64,000 nt of DNA from Candidatus Doudnabacteria bacterium (GTDB lineage: Bacteria > Patescibacteriota > Doudnabacteria > UBA920). The stretch is taken from the NCBI GenBank assembly GCA_963768175.1, contig CAVYGQ010000001.1, positions 318,305 through 382,304 of the forward strand, written 5' to 3'. Made by a program: the position numbers and the translations under genes. Positions within the stretch are counted from its first letter, which is position 1; each line of letters starts with the position of its first letter. The notes beneath the pieces are model-generated. The model ran no database searches and was not told the DNA's origin. It worked only from the letters and a program-made list of their open reading frames with translations. Of this stretch, positions 56,548-64,000 are shown in pieces.

Positions 56548-57903
56548 ATGTTAAAGCTATATGACACCAAAACAAAAGTTCACCCCGTTAAATTCAGACA
56601 AAAAGAATTTGTCTTGATTTTAAAAACATTTAACGGGGTAAAAATTGCCTTAGGCTTAATTTTCGCCTTAGTTTTAACTGTAAACTTTAATTTTGCTTTA
56701 GGTGATACAATATCCGACCAGCTGACGGCCAGCCAGCAAAAGTTACTGCAAATTAACCAACAAATAAAAGGATACCAACAGCAGGTCGCCGACACCCAGG
56801 CTAAAGCGAGTTCCTTAAAAAACGAAATCTCTATTTACAACGACCAAATTTCCTCGCTGGAGCTGGAAATAGAAGCCAACCAAACCCAAATAGACGACGC
56901 TAATCTACAAATCAGCCAGCTGCAACTGTTGATTAACCAAAAAAACCAGGAAATTTCCGACAACAAAAATATTCTTGGGCAACTAATTGTGGAACTGAAT
57001 GAATATGACGACCGGTATGCTTTACAGACAACTGTGGGCAGCAATAATTTATCCGATTTTTTGGATCAACTTCAATATACCCAAAACCTTCAGGACAAAA
57101 TTTACCAGCTGGTAAAAAAAATTGAAGATTTAAAAACCCAGCTCCAAAGCGAGCAGCACGACTTGCAAGTCCAAGCCACCCAACTGGAGCAGGCTAAAAA
57201 CCAACTGATAATAAGCCAAAGCTCTTTAACCACAGTCAGAAATCAAAAACAGCAGCTATATAACCAAACACAGGGCCTGGAAAAAAATTTCCAAAAACTC
57301 TTGGCTTCCAGCAAACAGGACGCGGCAAACTTACAAAAAGAAATTGAGGACTTGGACGCGCAAGCCCGCGCGAAGGTAGGCAAAAATATTATTACTGGGA
57401 CACCAGGGCTCCTGGCTTGGCCAATGGATGGAATAATTACCCAAGGTTACGGCAACACCGGCTTTACTGCCTTGGGATATGACTTCCATAACGGGATTGA
57501 TATTGCCGGGCCGCCCGGACAGCCGATTTACGCCGCGGCCGACGGCGATGTGCTTTACACCGACCAAAGCGACGCCGATTTCGGCAATTGGGTGGCGCTA
57601 AAAAGCACGCTTGCTATTACCAAAGGCGCCGCGCAAATTATTACGCTTTACGGCCATATGCAGAGTTTTAAGGTCCAAGTCGGCCAGCACCTTTCGCAAG
57701 GGAATTTAATCGGTTATGAAGGCAACACCGGTAACACAACCCGTTTAATTTACGGGCCGGAGAGGGGATACCATCTGCACTTTGGAGTCTATGATGCTAA
57801 CGGTTTTGGCGTAAGCCAAGGCAAATACACCAGCGTCTATGGCAATTATAAAGTGCCTTACGGCTATACTTATAACCCCTTGGACTTTTTGAGTCCCGAT
57901 TAA
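56548..57903 (+). CDS. Coiled-coil plus M23 peptidase (murein hydrolase/activator family)
   Basis: Long coiled coil, HNGID, YGH, HLHF. Confidence 0.93.
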   Translation: MLKLYDTKTKVHPVKFRQKEFVLILKTFNGVKIALGLIFALVLTVNFNFALGDTISDQLTASQQKLLQINQQIKGYQQQVADTQAKASSLKNEISIYNDQISSLELEIEANQTQIDDANLQISQLQLLINQKNQEISDNKNILGQLIVELNEYDDRYALQTTVGSNNLSDFLDQLQYTQNLQDKIYQLVKKIEDLKTQLQSEQHDLQVQATQLEQAKNQLIISQSSLTTVRNQKQQLYNQTQGLEKNFQKLLASSKQDAANLQKEIEDLDAQARAKVGKNIITGTPGLLAWPMDGIITQGYGNTGFTALGYDFHNGIDIAGPPGQPIYAAADGDVLYTDQSDADFGNWVALKSTLAITKGAAQIITLYGHMQSFKVQVGQHLSQGNLIGYEGNTGNTTRLIYGPERGYHLHFGVYDANGFGVSQGKYTSVYGNYKVPYGYTYNPLDFLSPD

Positions 57904-58853
57904 TGCGCTATAATAAAGCCACTATGACAAAAATAAAAAAATGCTTCTTCACCTTACTGCTTTTGGAATTGTTTTTTGCCTATGTGCCGGCTTTTGCCCA
58001 AACCACCCCGCCACCTTACGATTATGGTGCAAATGCAGGCGTTTCCAAACAGATTGAAGCCTACCTCTGCAATCCCACGGCAAGCGGCAGCGGGATTTTA
58101 TACCAGTGCATTAACCAACTCTACAAATTTGCCATAATTTTAGCCTGCGTTCTTGGCGTACTTTTTATAGTCGTTGCCGGCTATGTTTATATGTCAGCCG
58201 AAGGCAATTCCGAGTCCATAGACAAAGCCAAAAGTATCCTAGAAAGCACTATTACCGCCCTGGTTATCCTTTTTGCAGGTTACCTTCTGCTTTCCACCAT
58301 AAACCCCGACCTGGTGCAATTCCACGGCAATACCTTGCAGCCGGTCAACATAACCGGGCCTTCGGGTACTGGTGGAGGAGGAGGGCAATGCCAAGCGCCA
58401 ACTGTTGGTCCCGCCACAGCTTCGGCTCTAGCACAAACCTGCTTTGGCATTAACGCAAACAATGCCGCCATGATTGCCGGTAAAGAAACCGGGGGCAACT
58501 CTACTATTGGCAGTACAGTCGATATATGCCAAGACCAAAACGGCAATAAAGTTCCGTATACAGGCCAATATTCATCATATTCCAACAAATACGCTTCTGT
58601 ATCTTGGGGCCTGTTCCAAATTAATCTATCAGCTCATCCTATTGTAACATCAAGCGGGACTACTTTGCCCTGTCCAACCGCTTTTAGCTCGCAATATTCG
58701 GGTTCAAATAAAAAATGCACAATCACAAATATGCCCTTATATGAACAATGTATAGGAGCGGCCATAGATGCGACGACAAACATTAATAATGCTTGCCAAA
58801 TCTCAAACAACGGAACAAACTGGAGCCAATGGCAAAATGAGTGCGGTTTTTAA
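57903..58853 (+). CDS. Pilin-like two-TM module fused to a Cys-rich lysozyme/transglycosylase-like domain
   Basis: IVVAGYVYM.A.GN...KAK..L, L.TINPDL; KETGG, SWGLFQIN, N...A, W.QW. Confidence 0.8.
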   Translation: MRYNKATMTKIKKCFFTLLLLELFFAYVPAFAQTTPPPYDYGANAGVSKQIEAYLCNPTASGSGILYQCINQLYKFAIILACVLGVLFIVVAGYVYMSAEGNSESIDKAKSILESTITALVILFAGYLLLSTINPDLVQFHGNTLQPVNITGPSGTGGGGGQCQAPTVGPATASALAQTCFGINANNAAMIAGKETGGNSTIGSTVDICQDQNGNKVPYTGQYSSYSNKYASVSWGLFQINLSAHPIVTSSGTTLPCPTAFSSQYSGSNKKCTITNMPLYEQCIGAAIDATTNINNACQISNNGTNWSQWQNECGF

Positions 58854-58873
58854 ATTATAACTATACCTAATAT

Positions 58874-59326
58874 ATGAACAAAATTAACAAAATTATTATC
58901 ACAATATTTATTATCTTGATAATTTTTGGTTTGGCGGCTATTTTTACCATTTTAAAAAATAATCGGCCAACCAAAAGTGTTCCTGGGACAAAAACTATCC
59001 AAACATCCCAAGGGCCAGTTACCGTAAACGATTACACCCAACATCCGGCAGCAACAACCAGCGATGCCACGATTATTGAAGAAAACAGTGAATTCCAAAT
59101 TTTGAATTATAAAATAGACGGTTCTTTCTTAATTACACTTTTATCAACTCCATTAAAAAAAGCCCGGACAGATGCCGAAAACACCTTTCTGAAGGATCTA
59201 AACATTAATCAAACACAAGCTTGCAGCTTAAAGTCATCAGTGGTCGTACCACAAAGCATAGATACTAATTACTCAGGCAAGGAGTTGGGTATGGATTTTT
59301 GCCCTAATTCAGCAACTTTACCCTAA
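58874..59326 (+). CDS. Membrane-anchored hypothetical protein
   Basis: N-terminal TM, two conserved-looking Cys. Confidence 0.7.
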   Translation: MNKINKIIITIFIILIIFGLAAIFTILKNNRPTKSVPGTKTIQTSQGPVTVNDYTQHPAATTSDATIIEENSEFQILNYKIDGSFLITLLSTPLKKARTDAENTFLKDLNINQTQACSLKSSVVVPQSIDTNYSGKELGMDFCPNSATLP

Positions 59327-59643
59327 ATAGGTCAAATCAACACCATAGAAACAATACCTATATTTAAGGCGTCTCAATTTAGTACGTCGTAAAAGTTACC
59401 TTATGCGACCTTATAAATATTGAACTTTCTAAGACCCCCTTCTAACAAACAAGCCGTCCTATATAGGAACGGCTTATTTGTTATTTATCGAAATATTTTT
59501 CAATTTAAAATTTTCATTCAGTTATGTAGGATTAAAATCGCTTTTTTTAAACTGAATTTTATCTAAACATAGTTTATCCCCTAATTCAGCTTTTGGTTTA
59601 CGAAATTTAGGCCGCCCGTATTGAATAAAAAGTACGCATTTAA

Positions 59644-60861
59644 TCAAGCCCTCATTTTTCGCATTTCGGCAACTATTCCGGATAAAACTCTTAATACATA
59701 GTCTAAATTGGCTTTTGTGGTGCTTTTGCCCAAGCTAAACCTTATACTGCTTAAAGCGGCCTTTTTTGACCGCCCAATGGCCAATAAGACATGGGACGCA
59801 TCACTACTGCCGGTACTACAGGCACTGCCGGTGGAAACGGCAATCCCGTAACTATCCAAATACAACATTAACGCTTCGCCTTCAACGCCTTTAATGGTAA
59901 CGTTGATATTATTTGCCAAGCGTCTATTACCATCGCTGCCTGGCCCATTTAACTCAACCCCCGAAAGTTTAACCAATCTGGAAATAAAGTAGTGTTGCAG
60001 TTTTCCGATCCTCCGATTTTCCGATTCTCTAATTTCCTGAACCGACTCCAAAGCCTTGGCCAAACCGACAATGCCGGGAACATTTTCCGTGCCGCTTCGC
60101 AAATCACGCTCCTGCCCGCCACCGTAAATAAGAGGCTCTAAATCCACGCCGTTTTTTACAAATAAAAAGCCTGTCTGTTTTGGGCCGTAAATTTTGCTGC
60201 CGTTTAGCGACATCAAATTTACGCCCAAACGGTTAACATTAACATCAAGATACCCGGCCGCTTGGCAGGCGTCCGTATGGAAGATTATTCGCGACTGATG
60301 TTTTTGCCCACGCTTTTGGTTTTCGCTTCTAAGCCACTTCCCTATCTCCGCAATAGGCTCTATTGTGCCAATTTCGTTATTGGCATACATTACGGAAACT
60401 AAAATTGTTTCCGGACGGACGGCCTGTTGTAAAGTTTTTAGATTTACAAAGCCGTATTTATCTACGCCGAGGATAGTCAGGCCAAACCCCTCCCCTACTA
60501 GCGATTTTGCGGGATTGATTACCGCGTGGTGTTCAATGGCGGAAATAATTATATGCGGCTCAAAAATTTTTGTGGGTTTATATTTTTTAGCAGTGCCCAA
60601 AATTGCCAAGTTACAACTCTCCGTGCCGCCGGCAGTAAAAATAATTTCTTCCTGCCGCGCCCCGATTATATCAGCTATCTTTTTTCTTGAACAATCAACC
60701 GCTTTTTTGGCCTCTCTCCCCTGCTTATACAAACTTGACGGGTTGCCAAAAGACTTGCCCCAAAACGGCTGCATGGCTTTTGCAACTTTTGGGTCAACCG
60801 GCGTGGCGGCGGCATAATCCAAATAAATGGGGCTCACTAATTTTTTTTCTTTGGGAAACAT
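59644..60861 (-). CDS. iscS: Cysteine desulfurase (IscS/NifS type)
   Basis: YLDYAAATP, NNEIG, HTDACQ, KIYGPK, STGSAC. Confidence 0.94.
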   Translation of the reverse strand: MFPKEKKLVSPIYLDYAAATPVDPKVAKAMQPFWGKSFGNPSSLYKQGREAKKAVDCSRKKIADIIGARQEEIIFTAGGTESCNLAILGTAKKYKPTKIFEPHIIISAIEHHAVINPAKSLVGEGFGLTILGVDKYGFVNLKTLQQAVRPETILVSVMYANNEIGTIEPIAEIGKWLRSENQKRGQKHQSRIIFHTDACQAAGYLDVNVNRLGVNLMSLNGSKIYGPKQTGFLFVKNGVDLEPLIYGGGQERDLRSGTENVPGIVGLAKALESVQEIRESENRRIGKLQHYFISRLVKLSGVELNGPGSDGNRRLANNINVTIKGVEGEALMLYLDSYGIAVSTGSACSTGSSDASHVLLAIGRSKKAALSSIRFSLGKSTTKANLDYVLRVLSGIVAEMRKMRA

Positions 60862-60884
60862 AGGTGGATTATAGCAAAAAACGG

Positions 60885-61375
60885 CGAATAAAAAAACCGC
60901 TCATTTATACTGGGCGGCGAAAGGAGGCAAGGCACATAAAAGCCGGGTCAGCTTAAAGTGTCTTGTGATTGCTACGAATTCCTCCTTTCGCCGCAACAGG
61001 ATAAAACAAGGCCACCCCCTGTTCTTCGGACTCAGCCTTCTCGCTGATCACCCGTGTCCTCGCCCGCCTGTTACAGCAGGTTTCGTTGAGCCCCCCAACT
61101 GAAGAACAGCAAAATTGGCCGGGGACTCAACAAAGATACAGAAGAAAAACCCTGGTTATCCTGTTCTTCCGAACCTGTCCAACGGACAAGACGGGGCCCA
61201 TTCCAAGCCTGGGCAACAGCCTCGGGCCAAGTAGGCACAGAATTCCCAAGATCCTTTTTGCATAATCATCACCCCGATTTTACGGGGCCACCCGCTACCG
61301 GCCTCTAGGTCATGCAAAAAAGAAACTAGGCTCACGAATTCCTACCTTCCCAAACTAAAATCAAAAAACTCTAAT
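60885..61375 (-). ncRNA. Candidate large structured non-coding RNA of unrecognised class
   Basis: Perfect TTGACA-17-TATAAT (61409-61381), several long stems, repeated motifs, terminal hairpin plus U-tract. Confidence 0.6.
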
Positions 61376-61405
61376 AAACTATTATAATTACTCTATCAAG
61401 CCCTG

Positions 61406-61816
61406 TCAACGGCTGGATTTCACAAACCCGGCAGCCAAGGCTTCGGCTTCAGTGTTAAAACACTGCTCGGGTTTTACTCTGTTATAAAACGCCCCGCCCT
61501 GTACGTGGTAAATTTTCTTGCCAGTGGAAGATATATTTCCCTTTACCACGCACGTTGAAGCCTGGGTGCTGGAGGCTGCTGTTGTCGTCTTCCCCAAAAC
61601 TTGGCCTTGGGTGGAAGTCGCGGTATTAGCTGGTTTTTTGGCCGCAGCCGTGGTATAATTCGCCTGAGGTTTGCTGCTGTCTCTCCGTGTCTCGCGCACG
61701 TAGCTGCCCGCGCCAAAACCCACTATAAAGACCAATACAAAACTAAGCCCCAGCACGAGCTTATCTTTATTTTCTTTTTGTTTCAGCCAATCTTTTACTT
61801 TTTCGTAAAAAGACAT
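61406..61816 (-). CDS. Membrane-anchored protein with a C-terminal Ada-metal-binding-like domain
   Basis: CVVKGNIS..KIYH..G..Y..CF.TE.EA..AGF. Confidence 0.85.
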   Translation of the reverse strand: MSFYEKVKDWLKQKENKDKLVLGLSFVLVFIVGFGAGSYVRETRRDSSKPQANYTTAAAKKPANTATSTQGQVLGKTTTAASSTQASTCVVKGNISSTGKKIYHVQGGAFYNRVKPEQCFNTEAEALAAGFVKSSR

Positions 61817-61934
61817 TTGCTTAATTATAGCACAGATTTAATGACAAGAGCGGCATGATTTAAATGATTGACAAGATTTGGTGCAATTAATTCATGTCAT
61901 TCTTGTCAATCGTGTCATTCTTGTCAATTATTCT

Positions 61935-63308
61935 ATGAAATACGCTTTTATTTTAGGGAGGGTTTATACTTTATCGGTGGCCGAACTTTTGGCTGTTTTG
62001 GAAAAAACAGACGCCTCTTTAGGCTTAACGGGTGAACCTGTGCAAATTTTGGAAGCCTCGGAAGAAGTTTTAATCGTAGAAACCGGAAAACCCCTTAACG
62101 TGGAAAGGCTGCAAAAAAAGCTCGGCGGGGTAATTAAGATTCTTGAGGTAGTTGATGTGATAAAAAAACGCGAACGGGATTCCATTAATTTTGCCCTAAA
62201 ACATTATTTTAAGCCCGGCATCCTTAAAAAACAGTTTTTTAAGGACTACAAAGGCAAAGTGCAGTTCGGCCTGAGCATTTATATTTTAGATATGGATCTG
62301 CTTAAACGCCCCGGGCCGAATCCGAGGGACAAAAACCAAGGAGTTTTTTCCGCCGGAGGCGGATCCGCCTTCGGCGGAAATTCTGTTTTTAGCGAGCCCA
62401 AAAGAGTAGGCATGATGATAAAAAACGGGCTTACCGAAAGCGGCGCCAGCGTCAGGCTGGTCTTGCCCGAATACAATTCCCTATCGCTGGCTTCGGTAGT
62501 GGTAACAAAAAATTTGCTTCTGCAAAAAGGCGCGGAGATTTGCATCTTGGCCGCCAAAGACAATATTTTTACGGCTAAAACTTTAACAGTGCAGGACTTT
62601 GAAGATTACGGCCGCAGGGATTATCAACGGCCTGCCAGGGACGAGAAACAAGGCATGATCCCCCCAAAAGTGGCGCAAATTATGCTTAACCTCTCGGGCT
62701 GCAAATCCGGGGACAGCATTTTAGACCCGTTCTGCGGCGTCGGCACAATTATCCAGGAAGGCTTGTTGCTTGGCTTCCGCATGATTGGCAGCGATATAAA
62801 TAAGCAGGCCATAAAAGGCAGCGAACAAAATTTGGAATGGTTCAGAAACCGCTACAAAATCGCTCCGGGAAAATACGGAGTGGAGGTTTCCAACGCCGCC
62901 AAGGTCGCCGATTTGATAGATAAATCCAAAAGCCAAATTTCCGCCATTGTCACCGAAGGCACCCTGGGGCCAATATACGGCCAATACCCCAAAGCCGACG
63001 AGATTGCCAAAAATTTTAAGGACCTGGAAAAACTTTATAAAGCCAGTTTTAAAGAATTTGCCAAATTTCTCCCCAAACAAGCCAAAATTGTCATGTGCCT
63101 GCCGGCTTACCGGAAAAGCCGCGACCAATACGAAATGTTCCCCAGCCTTGACTTCGCCCAAGCTTTAGGATATAATTTAGTGGATATTATTTCCCCATCT
63201 GTTGTAAAAAAACTTAAATTCCTCAAACTGACGACCAGAAACACGGCTATTTATGATCGCAAAGATCAGATTGTTGCGAGAGAGATAGTAATCTTTGAAA
63301 AAATATAA
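61935..63308 (+). CDS. Trm11/THUMP-type RNA methyltransferase with an in-frame palindrome
   Basis: RD..RP.RD...GMIPPK.A, LDPFCGVGTI, GSDI. Confidence 0.88.
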   Translation: MKYAFILGRVYTLSVAELLAVLEKTDASLGLTGEPVQILEASEEVLIVETGKPLNVERLQKKLGGVIKILEVVDVIKKRERDSINFALKHYFKPGILKKQFFKDYKGKVQFGLSIYILDMDLLKRPGPNPRDKNQGVFSAGGGSAFGGNSVFSEPKRVGMMIKNGLTESGASVRLVLPEYNSLSLASVVVTKNLLLQKGAEICILAAKDNIFTAKTLTVQDFEDYGRRDYQRPARDEKQGMIPPKVAQIMLNLSGCKSGDSILDPFCGVGTIIQEGLLLGFRMIGSDINKQAIKGSEQNLEWFRNRYKIAPGKYGVEVSNAAKVADLIDKSKSQISAIVTEGTLGPIYGQYPKADEIAKNFKDLEKLYKASFKEFAKFLPKQAKIVMCLPAYRKSRDQYEMFPSLDFAQALGYNLVDIISPSVVKKLKFLKLTTRNTAIYDRKDQIVAREIVIFEKI

Positions 63309-63394
63309 TTATCCACGAATTCACTAATTATCACGAATTACACAAAACGATTATTCGTGAAATTAGTAAAAATTCGTGAATTAGTGGAGAACGT

Positions 63395-63676
63395 ATGGCA
63401 CATAAAAAAGCAGGCGGCAGTACAGCACTAGGCCGCGATAGCGTATCCAAAAGATTAGGCGTTAAGATTTTCGGCAACCAAGCCGTCAAATGTGGCCAAA
63501 TAATTGTCCGCCAAAAAGGCACCAAATACCACCCCGGCAAGAATGTTGGCATTGGCGGCGACTCCACCCTGTATTCTCTGGCCGATGGATTGGTCCAATT
63601 CCAACACAAGATGACTAAACGCTTCCACGGCAATTTGCGCAAGACCAAGATTGTAAACGTGGTACCTGCCAAATAG
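63395..63676 (+). CDS. rpmA: 50S ribosomal protein L27
   Basis: [21 protein letters not shown]. Confidence 0.98.
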   Translation: MAHKKAGGSTALGRDSVSKRLGVKIFGNQAVKCGQIIVRQKGTKYHPGKNVGIGGDSTLYSLADGLVQFQHKMTKRFHGNLRKTKIVNVVPAK

Positions 63677-63767
63677 GTCTTATACGACCAATCCGACCGA
63701 TTTTAAGCCCCGTCACTTAAGCGGGGCTTTATGTTTGGCTATCGTCTCTCTTAAAAACTTTTCAATC

Positions 63768-63989
63768 TCACCATTCGGAAAATCTAAAAATTCCGGAGGT
63801 ATTGCGCCAGACCCCCCCACATAACGAATGGTAAAGCATGCAGTGTTGGTATTCTTCAGGATATTTGGCATGTATTTCTCTTGCCTTTGCCTTGCATTCT
63901 TCCCATAAACCCAGATGATATAATTCCCGCCGTAAGGAATCTAATTCTTTAAATTTTTGCAATTGCTCGTCCTCTGGAAATTCTCCCAT
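63768..63989 (-). CDS. Hypothetical protein at the window edge
   Basis: 73-aa ORF; boundaries uncertain. Confidence 0.45.
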   Translation of the reverse strand: MGEFPEDEQLQKFKELDSLRRELYHLGLWEECKAKAREIHAKYPEEYQHCMLYHSLCGGVWRNTSGIFRFSEW

Positions 63990-64000
63990 AAATCAACTTC

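Noticed and set aside
61156-61335. 59-codon GTG ORF within the candidate ncRNA
   Set aside because: No recognisable protein features and dominated by RNA stems; not strictly excluded.
60885-61375. RNase P RNA or SRP RNA
   Set aside because: CCCGGCTT is present but there is no GAGGAAAGTCC partner; CAGGTTCGGAAGAACAG lacks the AGCAG side of SRP helix 8.
1-64000. Alternative genetic code (TGA recoded)
   Set aside because: TGA ends gltX and other genes at expected positions, and long genes are not fragmented.

Overview
This is a bacterial chromosomal segment in the standard genetic code. It is most consistent with a Patescibacteria/CPR genome (inferred from MSQDNLI-type L33, pilin-like fusions, most host genes lacking Shine-Dalgarno sites, and many small orphan ORFs). 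Housekeeping content includes gpmI, ahcY, gltX, fmt, def, queA, rarA, mltG, HU, an iscS-like gene, rpmG, rpmA and four intact tRNAs. There is also a defence island (RadC, Phd/RelE, type I R-M with a Shedu-like nuclease inserted between hsdM and hsdS, and a second PD-(D/E)XK nuclease), a repeat-punctuated array of small genes, and an ECF sigma/MacAB-type efflux cluster. Four signals stand out. (1) Intact tRNA-Thr(TGT) and tRNA-Trp(CCA) genes each sit inside an interrupted older copy of the same isoacceptor, carried between inverted repeats; a partial third case occurs at tRNA-Thr(GGT). (2) Several families of short palindromic elements occur intergenically, inside tRNAs, inside each other, and in frame within conserved proteins. 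(3) A ~490-nt highly structured region with no convincing ORF lies behind a perfect sigma70 promoter at 60.9-61.4 kb. (4) Two putative RNase genes are each faced by a convergent small RNA with a consensus promoter. All family assignments come from motif recognition by eye; no searches were run.
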